Shown piece after piece: positions 24,720-38,849 of a DNA stretch of 64,000 nt. Within the stretch, counting starts at the first letter, position 1. Each line of letters opens with the position of its first letter. The DNA comes from Gekko japonicus (lineage: Eukaryota), in NCBI RefSeq assembly GCF_001447785.1, contig NW_015170887.1, positions 672,733 through 736,732 on the forward strand, in the 5' to 3' direction. The notes beneath the pieces are model-generated. The model ran no database searches. It had not been told where the DNA came from and worked only from the letters and a program-made list of their open reading frames with translations. Both the position numbers and the translations under genes were made by a program.

Positions 24720-27700
24720 AGAATCTGGTTTGGTATTTTCATTGCTCACCTTTTATGAAGGTGAGTGGCATTCAGACCCAATTGACATGGAGTTCATATC
24801 AGCCCATGGTGTGTGTGTGTGTGTGAGAGAGAAAGAGGTTTGATGGTCTCACAGCTGGACTGCTCGGCAGCACGTTCTGGCCCTGTTCATTTTGCCTGGT
24901 TATTTCAACCGCTATCTCAGTGACTCTGTGTTGCCTCTTCTCTTCCCATCCTTTTCCTGTGTGGTAGGCAAGTGCAGAAAGTATATGCGAGTCTAGTGAA
25001 CAGCTTGCAGCTCCTTTTATCCAGTGCTTATTCATTGTTGGCATAATATTTCCTCTGTATTTTTGCACAGGGTAGTCCGTTGCTTATACTGGATTCCACC
25101 TTTCTGCTAAAGTTGTTTCACTTTTTGACGAGAAACAGGAGGTATTTCTTCCTACTTCCTGTACAAACTGCAGATGGTGGTTGGGATGTGGGTGCTCTAT
25201 GCAGAACCTTTCTCTTCCTCCATGCTTGCATCTCATGACTTCATTGTCTACTCTGCTCCCCTTCTATTATTTGCTGGAAAAAAATTACATCCTCTTCACA
25301 ACCTTTGAAACAGAATAAAATGAGTCAGAGGAGCAAATAGACGCTGATTTTGAGATGTGCAGCCAGAATTTTGGTTACTCTGGCTCAGAAATTTGATTTT
25401 TCATTTGGTGTTGTATAAGCACAACCCTGGATATGTTGACACATAGACAAGGCTTCAGTACTGATACCAAGAATCTTTCAAAATCTGGCTTTTGGTGTTC
25501 CAGAGTTCCTTATTTCATGCGATAAGCTGGCACTGTGTCTGTGCATATATTTTCCCTCTACATCTGATGGTCTGAATAAAAAAGAAGATGCAATAATGAT
25601 GTTTGTGAGTGACCTTTCTCTTCCCCTTACCAAAAACACAGGCTAGGAAGCAGACCATCTATTAGCAGAAGCCAGCTTTCAGGATGGCACTTTAAAAAAC
25701 CAAATGAAATAAGTCTTGCCCTGTACAATGACTGTTGCTATTCTAATCTTCTGGAATACAGTCACCCTGGCTGAAAGTAAATATACGGGATAAGCAATGA
25801 CAGCAGGGGCGGGCTTGGCAAATGAACTCTGAGCATGTAGAATTTCAGTTATGTATTTTTCTGTGACATGACTGTTCATTATACTTCTGTCTTCTCTCCT
25901 TGTTGTGGTGTTCCAGCAGCTTTATCCATCCACATAGATGCATCAGACCCTGGTCCACCAGTGACACACTCCCAGAGACACCAGAACTGACTGGACAGGC
26001 CAGAGTCCTTTCATTGGAGAAAAATACCATATCTACCCCAGACAACTCTTTTAAAATGCCATAGGAGAAAGTTCTTGACCGCTGCTAGATGGAGGCAGCT
26101 CTTCCTTTGAATAACCAGCTGGGTGTTCTGCTTGTTGGACTTCAGAGTATGTCAGTATCTTTATCAACTGCCTTGATTGACCGTAGCCATCTCTTCAATG
26201 TTAGCATGTGATGTTCACCTCTGTGAAAACTATTTGTTTGCCCCACACGTTGTTCAAATCATGTTTTAAAAATGCCTAAGTGATGCTGGGGTTTCCACAT
26301 TTTCAGTTTCCTCCTGTTTCTGCGTAAGTATTTACCCTAACACCTCCTTTAACACTACGATTATTTTCCTGAAAAATGGTGTGAAGTGATACAGCTCTAT
26401 AAGAAGTATTGGTAACACTGGTTCTAATGCCTTCACGGTATCACCATTTCTTATGTATGAATGGCATGAGATAGCAGCTGGAGGAAGTGGCAACCACCGG
26501 CTGACTGCCTCTGCTGGCCTCGTGTGCTAGAACTTCTCTAGGTTGCCTTCCCAGTTGAGGCTTCCTCCCAGGAGAGCTGCGTCCACCTTCTCTGTCAGCC
26601 CCACAGCTCCTACTGAGGCATGGGTCTTCAAGCTGTGCAAGTCTTCGGTAGATCTCCGGTGTAGTTGGGAGATGGTTGTCCTGCCCACAGCAGTGCCACA
26701 TCACTTCCAGCTGGACCAATCATGCTATAGAGCCACCACCCAACCCCCTCCACCATATGTTATTTTTTAAAAAAATTATACCCAGGACAGTTTGTGCTAT
26801 CATGCTACAGTTTTAATGGATGTATAACCGTATTGCACACTAATCTCCAACCCCAACACCTGTCAGCAGCTGCTGAAGGTGCGTACAAAATATTACTGGA
26901 TATTTCAGATGTCTGTCTTTGTTGCAAAATTCTTCATCCCTTGGATGTTATCAGCTCTAGAACGTCATGTGTTCTGCAGGATAGATTCTAATTTCAGTGC
27001 TTTGCGGGGTGGGGCTGGGATAGAGCCCGTGTCTTTGGCAAGCAGAGATCTCTGATTAGCACAGAGGTTCACAGAGGATAAAACATGTTATCTGAATAGG
27101 ATGGCTTGAAGTTTTGCATTGGGAACGTTCTCAAAGGCTACTTGTTGGCCCAAATTTTGAGGAAGTCGACTGGCTCAGCCTCCATCGGGAGTGACTGTTG
27201 GCTTTCTGTATATACAGCTCTAGATTTTTCCTCCCGTGTCACTGGGGCATCCTAATAATGGATTTTAATTAGGGTTCCTTTCCAATTGGCCTTGTTTTCC
27301 TGTGTTTCATGATGCACAAGTCAGTGGAACCATAAATGCACAAAATGGGCTGTCATGTGGGATGCTCTGCAATATATACTCCTTATAGCGAATGACAATG
27401 AAATGGATTACCAATCATGGCTCTTCTCTTCTGGAAGCTATTGCAAAGGCTCTGCTGAAGTATTAATCTGAAGTCCCCGTGTCGCAGTTCTAATAAATAG
27501 CCTTTTAAATACCTTGTTTCAAAGCAGTGTTCGTACAGATAGGATCACTTAATTGATCCTCTTCAAACTAAGATGCTTCCTGCAGTATAATGTCCCTCCT
27601 GGACAGTACTACACGGGAAAGGATCTACTGTGTTTTATTCTGCATTTTTGGTAGCATTATATTCATTACAGTGTAGGTCTAGGACGTGGTACCTTTTTGG

Positions 27701-30700
27701 TTTCTCGAGCAACCTTTCTTTTCATTGCTACCAATCTTCAGTACATGTGAGCAAAGTTTCAAAAGATATCAAATCAAAGTCAAGTTTTAGGAATCTTGAC
27801 AGCCACGTACCCAAGATCTTTTTTCTAATTTTGTTTGCAGTATGTTATCTCTGTATCTTAGTAATGGCAGGGTGCTCTTCTTTATTGAATGGCCTGTTTG
27901 AACCCTCCGTCAGGTTTTAGTTCCATAAACATGCCTGGATGGCTGGTAGACAGTTAACCATTAGATCTTTGATGGGATCCCATTGGCTGTATGGCAGTTG
28001 AGATGGGAAGAGGAGCGTCCTGCTGCTCAGACTGGAGGTCCATCTAGTCCAGCATCCAGTTGGCTGCCTTGTACCTTAAAGGTATAAGGCTGGAGCAAAT
28101 GGAACCACAGACCTGAACTGCTACTTGTATGCATACTCCCCCCCCCCCCAATCATGGGAAGCAAATTGAAGTTGCTTAGATGTGGATGAGAGCTTAATAT
28201 GTCCGAGTTGCTTTTAAAACTGTTTTGATTTCTTTGGCCTGTAAAACACACACACACAGAGACAACATAATACGGGCATAAGAAAATGTATTAACTGTAA
28301 AAATGTTACAACCCTTTAGGCCAACATCAATTATATTGATAGATTTTGTCACATGTGATATACTCATATTATCAAATAGTGTAGAACAGCTCACTTATGC
28401 CTTATTAGTATAGTTACATTTGTGATGCCTTGCCTGTGCCTGAGCCATTAACATCAGTCTTCAGTCCTGACATAAATTATACGTAAACACTTTCTGTGCT
28501 TTTAATGACTTTAAAGTTGATGTGGAAAGTCCCTTTAATCTGTACTGAGGATGTATGTCCAGGACTTATTTAGGTTCTGTGTGAAGATTTATAAAGGGAC
28601 TTGGAGAGCTGCCATTGTGTTGCTTCCAGGTTAGTCTCTTTGGTCACAGTCCACCCCCACCTCCTGGAAGATCTCCTGTGCAAGCCCTATGGAGATGAAC
28701 AAGAGCAATATCTTGTGTTGTGTACAGTACTGAACACTCCTGTGCTGCATAATGGGTGACCTCAAGATCATGAAAAATTTATTATTCTGCTTTTGATTTA
28801 TTTTGGGGGTACAAAATCAGTTAAAGGGATGCATGTGAAAAACTCCCTATCACTAAGCTTACTAAAGTGGTACTGAGTTGCAGTTTCACTAGTTCTTTCT
28901 TTTGATGAACTGTTCTCTTAATTTTTATCTCATTTCTCCATATGGTGTCTACAAAATATGAATCAAAAACCTAATTGTTTGAAGGAATCTGGGAAAAGGC
29001 ACAAATGTATAACTTTACAGCTTCTCTTTGAAACTTTCCCTTCCTTTTAAAAGATTTATTTGTAAGAATGTAAAATGCTTCTGTTGATGTGCATAGCCAC
29101 TACTATACTTACAGTAAGTCCAGTTTTCAAATAATATGAATATTTGCTTAGCATCTGAATCTTATTAGCAAGACCCAGTTTTACACATATTAAAATTCAG
29201 GACCCTGTATATAATTGCTGAGAAATACACTTGTGCGTAGTATAGATTTTCCTGAGCTACATTATATGCACTTCAGTATTCCTTTTGATTATAACTTTTA
29301 TACCATGTGTTGTGACTGGAAAAAACATCATGTAATTATCTAAGTATAATCACATACAGTGTTAAAAATACTTTCAAAGGTATCTTTTCAGACTGAGAAT
29401 ATAAACTGGCTTTAACTCCTACTACAGGGCCAAAATCCCACACCAGCAAGTAGGAGCCCCATCTTAGCATCAAAACCAAATACCCAAACATTTCAGTGAT
29501 ACCTGGAGAAATACTGAGAGGTACATGAAATTGCACATCCAAATATCTGTCTGCAGTGATAAACTATGTGAAAGGATGCTACATGTGTAGAGCTTCCTGA
29601 AGCAGACTGAAAAACTTTTACACAAATGTGGGATTTGTTTGGGCTTGATTTAAATGTGATGTTGGCAGGACAGAGGAATTACACTTGCCCAGTAGCTTGT
29701 GTATCAACACATTGCCCATCATGGCTACTTACCTGGCGTGCTAACAATTGCACACAGTAGATATGAGCCTAGTTGAATGAAATTTTTGGGCACATGGGTA
29801 AGGTGTTCCGTCCCTCTGACATCCAGATTTATGGTGGCTCTTTTGTAGCAGTTGTGTGACATCTGTCTTTGCCCACATTTTGCTGTAACTTCTTTGTTTT
29901 CCCATTTAACCATCAAGTAGAAATAGAAATCTGAGCAAAACATGAAGACTTGTGCCCCTCACAACATGGTTGTCTGACTCTGTTTGCGTGTGGTGGCTAC
30001 TTTCACATGGTGGTCAGTTCTTTTTATTCTGGTCTGTGGTCTGGTGTTCATTGCATACATTTTTCTGTTGTTGCACACAGTGTTTTCCAATGATATAGAC
30101 AACCCCTCATGGTGAGAGCTATCCACATGGTGAACTGCCACCCATGAAACAGTTTGCCACAGGGAGTGCAGAACTGTGGATTGCACACATGTGGGGGACC
30201 TGAAATCCATTACATGTAGAGCATGAGGGTTGTAGAAAGAGAATGCCACTGCTTAATGCCCTTCAAACCCCACCCCCAACAGATGACGGTAGCTGTGGGC
30301 CAAGTCCCTGTTCCCCCCCCCGCCCCCTTGCATGTGTACTGCTGCCAAAACTTTATTTTATCATCAGTAGCATGCTGCTGGGGGAGACACCCAGTTAGCA
30401 GTGCTTGATTATATTTTTTTTAGAGATCCATTGAAGTTAATACTTTCTAGTAGAAGAATCAAGAAAATACTACATGTGTTTCATGAGCCCTTTTTAAACA
30501 ATAGCCTTTTGCAGCAGAATTCAAACATTGTCACATAGATAAAGAGCCAAGGTGCCATAGGAATTTGGTTTTTGCAGGCATTATTGTGGGGTTTTGTGGT
30601 TGCAATTTTTCCTCATTGTCTTTATTTCATGACGTATGTAATATTGCAGTAGTCATATCATGACTGCAGATAGCAAGGCTATACTTAGATTCAGGTAGCA

Positions 30701-31302
30701 GCTTGTGTTTAGTTCTCAGTCTGGAACCATGCTTAGTGTGTAGTTCTGTGCTTGATTTTTCCTGATATATTTTAAATCATGTAGTTGCAGTGGTTGCCAT
30801 TTAGTATTGAGACTGGTGTAGGCTGGAGAAGGGCTTGGGGCTATTTAAGCTTTTCTCTTTGTACTCTTTTCTGCCAAAAATCTCCCCCCATGCTGCTCTT
30901 CCTTATGCTGGGGGTGTGTGTGTGGCAGATTCAGGTACCCAAATATTTTCCCCAGCAGGTGTAAAATCTTCATTCAGGGTGGTGGGGTTTGAAAGAAAAA
31001 TTGTGTAGAGAGAGAATTAAATAGCTCTTCTACCTGGCCAAGCCTTTTAAGTGCAGTCCCTGCTGCATTTTGCTAAAAATAAATTGTCTGGAGAAATAAG
31101 CGCAGAACTATGTCACAAGGCATGTAGTTCTGCTTTCACTGAGGTGGCAACCCTGAGACTAGATTGAGCTCCTTCAAACCGGGGGGGGGGTGGTGGTGTT
31201 AGTGTGGCTCAAATGATTAAATGTTCTTCCATACAAAGAATTCTTTTAACATCAAAAACTAGCATGTCAGGAAGAAAGATACTAGAGCGGTGTTCTTCCT
31301 GA

Positions 31303-31415
31303 ACATGAAACAAAAGCCATGTTAATACCTTTTATTAGGGCCAACTAAAATGACACAAAACATTGTTCAAGCTTTTGAGCTCATCGGACCTCCTCATCAG
31401 ACTAGATGTTACAAA
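31303..31415 (-). mobile_element. Penelope-like terminal repeat fragment with decayed hammerhead
   Basis: Minus strand CTGATGA-G-GAGGTC-CGAT-GAGCTC-AAAA-GCTT, then TTGGCCCTAATAAAAGGTATT. Confidence 0.7.
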
Positions 31416-31552
31416 AAAATAAAAAATGAAGGGGGGGGAAGGAGATTTTCTAGGTCATGATGTTAAAGGTCTGTCTTGTCAGCCTTTTGTGATAGACATT
31501 GGCAGGCTCACAGACTCGTTTAATTACTATGTTAGATGACTACACTTGCATT

Positions 31553-31714
31553 AAGAACATAAGAACATAAGAGATGCCAATGTTGGATCAGGCCAAAGGC
31601 CCATCCAGTCCAACACTCTGTGTCACACGGTGGCCAGAAATACCAGGTGCCATCAGGAGGTCCACCAGTGGGGCCAGGACATTAGAAGCCCTCCCACTGT
31701 TGACCCCCCCCCCC
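31553..31714 (-). mobile_element. CR1 LINE extreme 3' end
   Basis: (AAGAACAT)n tail plus 3' UTR matching other CR1 copies; truncated at a C-run. Confidence 0.93.
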
Positions 31715-32659
31715 ATTGTGGGTAGAAGCAGCACAGGTGTTCTTCCTGACATGCTAATATTGTGTGATGAGGAAGCTTTCTATATGGAAGGATGTTCAGT
31801 TGTGTCGGGAACTGCTTACAGTCTGAAGTAGTATGGTACAAGTTTGCCACTTCTGTGAGTGTTAGGCCTGCTTGCAAACTTTTTCTAAGCTCTCGTTCTC
31901 TGAAATCCATGAAGCTACTCCTATCTGTAAGTTCTGTGGAAGTTTACTAAAAGTGGCAGCTATTCTGAGCATGGGCACCTCTGATGTTTGAGGAACCCTG
32001 TGCCACATCAGTAATTGTAACAAACGCTTCCACGGGAGTTTAACTCATCATAATCTCTGCAAGGCTTTTCCTGTCTCCACATGCAAGCCTCTTGCAGGTC
32101 AGTCAAGTGTTGATCTTGGACTCTTGAGAGCTTTGCAGGCTCCTTTTGAGGCAAGTGTTATATGCTGTGTTGTGACTCTGGAATTTTATTTTTTAAATAT
32201 TGTTTAGAAAGCAGCGTGCTTAATATGTTAAATAAAGGTTTTCTGCTAACTATGGGATGGATTTGTTTTATTTCTTTCTGTGTCCAGATGCCATCTTCTC
32301 CTAGAAGGAGTTGTACTGTGCCATCAGTGTAGGGGAAAATAATACCTTTGGGGCTTAAGGAATATACTTAACATGAAGGTTTGATAGGTACTACTGTCAT
32401 AGATTTGGGCTACCAGAAAGCAGCCATGAAGAGAGAGGGGAAGAAAAACTAAACTAACCAAGCAAAAACTTCCAAAAGAAATTTAGAGAACTGGTAAAGG
32501 GCCAAAAGTTAAAAACATCAATAGGTATGGACAAAAATACATGTGTTTATTCCAAAAGCATATCAAAACCTTGTAGGGGCCCAAATAAAGCCTCATAAAA
32601 TAATCAATAAAGCCTCATAAAATAATCAAAGTGACAAATGCACAAAAGGGAACCATATA

Positions 32660-32703
32660 TGACCTGACGCGTTTTGGCCCACAAGAGCCTTCTTCAGAGA
32701 TCA
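32660..32703 (-). ncRNA. minimal type I hammerhead ribozyme motif (Penelope-type) with one core mutation, G12A
   Basis: Minus strand UGAUCU-CUGAAGA-A-GGCUC-UUGU-GGGCC-AAAA-CGCG-UC-AGGUCA: stems I and II pair, palindromic stem III, GUC site. Confidence 0.75.
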
Positions 32704-34044
32704 AATAGTACAGAATACAACACGCAACAAAGCCCCTGTTATAATTGTAAGGCAGTAAATAACTGATAAAGGACCAAAAATGGAATGTTGCAATCTGGAA
32801 TTGAATGACATGATGCACAATTTTTTAATCTGGCCTTGTGTCAGAAGCAATTACATATATTGGAGATGGCGATATTGCCAATATGTACCTTCCAGTTTAG
32901 GTCCTAAGAATACAAGTAAAATTGCCTTATCATGGCCAATGTAACATCAATATGTAACTGTGCAGATAGATATCAGGAACCAGAAAGCAGAACATGGATT
33001 GACATAGCCTCTGTTGACTGAGGAATCAGACATTCCACTTCTTGTAAGAGTTACCAACCTCAAGGTGGGGCCTGAGATTCTCCCAGAACTACAACCGATA
33101 CTCAGGTTACAAAAACCCTCTGGAGGAAGCAGCAGCTTTGCACTGTACGGTATCGCAGTCCCTCTGACCTCCCTCTCCATATTCTGCCCTGCCCAGGCAC
33201 CACCTCTGGATCTGGAGGAAGAGGATGTGACTGTAAGTCACTTTGTGAATCCTTAGGATAGAGACAAGTGGGGTATAAAAACCTACTCTTCTTCATCTCC
33301 TAGAACTTCCCAAGCCACAGTTCTCAACTCTACCCAGATCTGCTCACACCATGCCTGACACACCTCCATCTGCCTATGAAATAGTAATCTTTATTGTGGT
33401 TGTAAACTCAGGTGATCCAGTTATGCACAGGTGCTATGCTATTCTTAGTATATGTTCCAACTTCCAAGCATGTATTTGCAAGTCCATTTGCAAAATAGCC
33501 AGTTGTTATCACCATACATTAGATGCTGGGGAGGAGATTAAGCAAATACTGACTTATCTAAAACCAAGTACAGATCATGGAACTGAAGAGAGCTTCCTAG
33601 TTAGAAATGTGAAGATCCAGAAAAAGACTGGAAAAGTTTGGTGGAAAACTTTTTTTTTTCTGAGGCTTTTGTTTTCCAGTTTTTCCCAACAGAATAACTG
33701 GAAATTTTGGGGAGCTCTGAAAACACACACCCTGTTTTGCAATATTTTCTCTTTTGGAATAAAATGATTTGTAAGACCAAGGCTCTACTCACTCAAAATG
33801 TAAGATTTTTGTGTAAGAAAAATCTATGGAATTAAGTAATTCCTGTTTATACTGAGAAATAACCAACATATTTCCAGGGATATTTTCACTGTTTAAATGT
33901 GACACATTTTGTCCATGAATAATACACTATAGTTTTCATTATAATGGACTGCTGAGAGTGTTAAAGTTTAAATTGATATATTTAGGTACTTTGGTAGTCT
34001 GTGACTTTAGGAAACTGCTTCTGTCCAATTAGTAATAATACAAT

Positions 34045-34245
34045 AAAGTGCCATCACATTGCAACTGGTTTATAGTGACCCCCATGAAGTTCCACCTCAA
34101 GGCAAGAGTTGAGCTGAGGTGGTTTACCATTGCCTTCCTTTGCTTCTTACTCTTCCTCAGTGGTGTCCCATGCACGTATTTACCACGGCTAATCCTGTTT
34201 TGCTTCTAAACTCTGATAAACTCGGTCTAACCTGGGTTATTTAGA
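34045..34245 (-). mobile_element. 5S-derived SINE, degraded second copy
   Basis: Reverse-complement similarity to 3364-3566 (GAGGTGGTTTACCATTGCC; GGTGTCCCATGCACGTATT). Confidence 0.65.
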
Positions 34246-35712
34246 CTGCTGTCCAATTAATATGCTCTTTTTCAATTAATATGCTCTCGTTTGCTACAAT
34301 ACTTGTTCCTGTTTTCAATCCTCCCCCTCAGATGGTGAAAACAATATGCAAAGGTGGCACATTATATAGCACTTTACAGCTCTTTCTCAAGTATTGGGCA
34401 TATTTGCAATTTTACTTGAAGAAAATGAAGGTGTTTATAAATTCTCTAAATATGACCAATAGTACAATTTTATATGCTAAGTTATGCATCATATATTAAT
34501 AGTAGAATAGTTTTAGGGTTGATAAGAAAGCAAGTACTGCGTATATTTCAGTGTTCTCCTAATTTTGGGAGGGGGTATGACTTCAGCATTTCCACAAATT
34601 ATACATCTCCTTTCCAGGTTCACAGATGTTTGTACATTTTATATGCAAATAAAACCTCAGTAACCCTTTTCCCATTGTAGAAGCGAAACTGTGATATTGG
34701 AAAGACAGCTATGCAGTATAGCCACGGATTTTGTAAGAGTCTGTTCTTATACTGTAACAAGTCAGGATACTACACATACAATATTTACAGAAATAAGTGT
34801 GAATCAGCCTATCTGGCATGCCTCAGAGGTGCTGACAAACCTGGGGCTGTTTTGTTCATGAGCTTCTAGGATCCTTGGGTCCACATTCTCCCTAGACCTC
34901 TTCCAATCACATATGGCAATCTAATGAAAAATGTCCACGTTTACTGCAAACTGTAGCTTTCCATTACATGAGAGTCATAAACCATGGTGTTCTCTCTTAC
35001 CCCGTACCCAGCACTCTAAGCTCTGGTTTGGAAATCTGATTTCCAAGGAAGGGATCAAACCAAAACCTATGGTTTGGATACAATGACTAGCAATGTTTTC
35101 CTATTAATTGACTTGGAAATCTTTAGCAACCTATCTTGTGGGGGCGGGGCAGAGTGAGCAAATGAGCCAGAAGATCCCACAGGTACATTAGTGTAACAGC
35201 AGGTTATGCCTGTGTGAGTGGGTTCGTGATGAGTAAGCTTGCAAGTTTTCTTGGTAAGCATTTGAGGGGAAATTGTTTTCTGAGTGTCTCTTTCTGGGTT
35301 GTTATGTTTGTACAGGTCTGCTGATGGGATTTTGTACGTACACCTTATCTTATTGCCCTTTGGCTATTGTAGTTTCCAGCAGGGGCAGAGAGCAAATCTG
35401 GAAATTCAAATCCCAACTCCCCAAAGTAACACTTGAGATAGTGTCTTGTGCAGTCTGTGCTCTGAGCCATTGCCACGGCTGCTACTACAGGCCAGCAGGT
35501 AGGAGGTAGGTTTTTGGGGAAAGTAGCTCAGACCCAGACTCCATCAGCTGTGGTGTAGCAAGAGTCTTGGAGAGTGGAGAGAGAGCTTCCCCCCCCCACA
35601 CCACTCTTGCCTTGCTGTCACAGTGTGCCTGCCTTTCTATCCCCTCCTTCCTAACCCACCCCCTTTTCTGTTGCTGCTGCTGCAATCTCCCCCTTCCTCC
35701 TCCTGTGGCAGC

Positions 35713-35917
35713 CAGTGTTCCCTGTAAGTTGAGTTAGTGTGAGCTAGCTCACAGTTTTTAAGCCTCTGGCTCACACATTTTTGTCTTAGCTCAGGGAGGA
35801 TGGCTCCAGAGCAACTAATTTATGCAGTAGCCAAATCACTCACTCACAACTTTAGTGCCAGGAGCTCACAAAGTAGAATTTTTGCTCACAAGACTCCACA
35901 CCTTAGAGGGAACATTG
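35713..35917. mobile_element. hAT MITE, 205 bp
   Basis: TIRs CAGTGTTCCCTGTAAG / CTTAGAGGGAACATTG; perfect 8-bp TSD GTGGCAGC at 35705-35712 and 35918-35925. Confidence 0.92.
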
Positions 35918-38389
35918 GTGGCAGCCTCCTCTCCTGCTGCTGTACACAGCAGCATGGCTTACAGGGTTGCTATTCAATCCTGATAATGGCAGCAGGGGCA
36001 ACATTATATTGTAAGATCTCCTTTTTCCACCTTAATTTTCATGTTCCCCTCCCCCCCTCTTTTTTAATGGTTTCTCTGGGTTTGCTACAAAAATCCCCCT
36101 TCTCTGTACATGGTCCCATTATGTGGATTTTTTGATCCACGTTCTGGAGCGCTGTTCAGAAACAGACACACTGATTAACCAACAAGGATGTTTCTTGCTC
36201 GTTCCAGTGCAAAGCCCTTTCCAGTAAAAAAGTGAGGTAGGTGGATCAAGACCTTGAGTTGTAACTCTATAGAATCACCTGCTATCTGAGACCTGACCTG
36301 TGCAGATAATAAACACATTTTTCTCCAGCTTATTTTTAAAGCTGATAAGTATTTCACTGTATTGTTCTGAGGACAGAAGTATCCTTGGGGCACACACAGC
36401 TTGCTGTGAGCACTTTCTAAGGTGGCTGTCCGGGATGATTGTTCTCTTGCCTTAAACAGGTCCCCCCCCCCCCGCTTTTTTTTTTTTTCCTTAATTTTTG
36501 TCTTTCCCCAACCGAAGACCTTTGCTCTCAGATTCATATGTTAGCATATTTTGTATACCACTTACTGATTGACTGAATTTTATAATCTATTTATAATCCA
36601 CCTTGGCTCCCAGTGAGGAAGGCAGACTATAAATGAAAATAACAATAATGGGGGAAATGTGTGGATCTATAAAAAAACATTTTATCAAAATAGGGGGTCC
36701 TTGGGTGCTGAAGTTTGCGAATCACTGGTATAAATGTTTAGGAACTAATTTAGGTTGCTTTACAGAATTTGGGCTTGTGTTCAGAGGTGGTTGCTTACTG
36801 CCTGCTAAATCAGACCTGAGGCTGAAAGTTGACACAAGTTAGCTGATAACTGTCTTGCTTGCAGCTCTGGGAAGGACTTACTGCGAGTGAAGATATACAA
36901 ATTAAGCAAATGGATCCCCCCCCCCTTGGCACCGGATGCCGCCTCTTGCCATTCCCTTTCCCCATTTCCCCGTGATAGAGGGTGGAAGCATTAACTTGGA
37001 ATAATCAATGCAACTTCCTGGAGTGCCTGCTGTGTAAAAGGCTTGTCATGTTTCTTCATTTAGTGGAACAGATGGGGGCTTGTTGTCAGGAGGCCGGGGT
37101 TATTCCTCCTGCAGATAGATGCTCCAACTTACAAAGTGTGTCCCACAAGTTAATTGGTCACAAACTATCTGTGAGCAAATTTTCTCTTTTGTGGAAAGTT
37201 CGGGGACTCAGGAGTCAAGTATTTGAGAGTGGTTAGTGCTGCCAAGAATGCAGGCTGCTAAGGCAGAGTTTTTTCTAGTGTACTGTCCCCAGTTGAGAAT
37301 TTTCTTTGATACCAAGGGCTTATTAGTATGTAACTTTACAAAGTTGAAATGACTTTCTAAAGCACTAGGACTGTGTTTGCCAAGGTTGCTCTGTATCTTG
37401 GAATCCCTTTGTGCAGTGCCCATCCACTGGAGAGCACTGCTCACAGAATGAAAATTGATAAACAATGATCTGCTCACATTAAGACCTGTATGTGAGTACG
37501 CAGTAAAACACAAAACATAATACCAAGTGTGAATAGTACTAGGAGAATCCACATTGCTATGAGAAATCGTCATGGAAGAACTATCTGCAGTAGCTGTACC
37601 TAATTTTTGCAAATGCATAACCCTAAAGGGGCAAAAACAGATAAGGCTCTTAAGAAATCATTACAACATTGCATGAACTTAATTTCATTCTTTTAAAAAA
37701 AATATCTCAAAGCCAGGGCAGAACCTCCAAAACAGATGAAGCCACATTAAAAGATTGTCTGATATGTTAGGGAGTAGTCAACCTGAGCCCAGTCATTAGC
37801 TACCTGAGAATAAAGTAGTGGTTCCAAGAATACTGCAGTCCCAAGTATCCTCCTCCCATGCTGTCCTAGCTGGGTCGATTGGAAACTTCCAGCAGTAGTG
37901 CCTCTGCAGCCTGCCTTGGCATCACTGGTATCTGCCAATTTGGTATCCAAGTGGCTGATTAGATGGTGAACTGGCCTTGCCTCTGTCACCCTCCACATGC
38001 TGGGATTCTGCACCACCATCTCTATGGATGTCCTAGACAGTGGTTCTCAACCTTTCTTGTATTACACCCTTACATATGTTACATACATGTATTGGTGAAT
38101 CACTCCATTTTAAAAACCTGCATGCTACCATGACAGAAACCAAAAGCCCACTTTTCGATGTGTACAGACATTCCGTTGATACATTTATCTTTTACAGTAA
38201 ATGCTATGGGCATAACAATTGCAGAAGCCTACTGGATAATCCCTGGCAGGTAAGGTCAGTAGGAAGTGGCTCATCAAAGACACTTGCTGATGGGCAGGTG
38301 GAATTGGGTATTAGGAGAAATACCAAGTGTCCAGGGTTGCTACTAGGATGCCAAAAGGTCACTGATGGATAATTCATGGCAAGTAGGGT

Positions 38390-38595
38390 TAAGGACATAA
38401 GAAGAGCCATGGTGGATTAGACCAAAGGCCCATCTAGTTCAGTATCCTGTTCACACAATGGCCAAGCAGCTGCCTCTGGGAAGCCCACAAGGAGGATGAC
38501 TGCAACTGTGTTCCCCAAGCAAGAGATATAGAGTGGCATAGTGCCTCTGATCACTGGAGGGAGTAGCTTTCCATCATGACAAGTAGCTATTGATT
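38390..38595 (-). mobile_element. older CR1 subfamily 3' end
   Basis: CATAAGAAGAGCC...GACCAAAGGCCCATCTAGTTCAG; related pieces at about 50410-50545 and 54930-54990. Confidence 0.75.
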
Positions 38596-38849
38596 GGTAG
38601 GATTGGCAGAAGACTTGCAGGTGGACACATGGGGATGGACAGTGAGCAAATTCATAGTAATTGTTATGAAAACCTTACGTCACACAGGTGGTATGTGTAT
38701 CACTGACCAAGAACCGCTGTCCTTGATAATCTTTCTCATTCTGTATGAACAAATGAGCTGTGCGTGCGGGGAGGGCGGGGTATAAATGAAATGAAATGAA
38801 ATAAAAAAACGCAAAAAGGAACTGCACAAAAATTGCAGTTAAATATATG

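Noticed and set aside
33575-33620. Additional hammerhead (CTGAAGA ... GAAA)
   Set aside because: Stem II barely pairs; no stem III/NUH site or stem I
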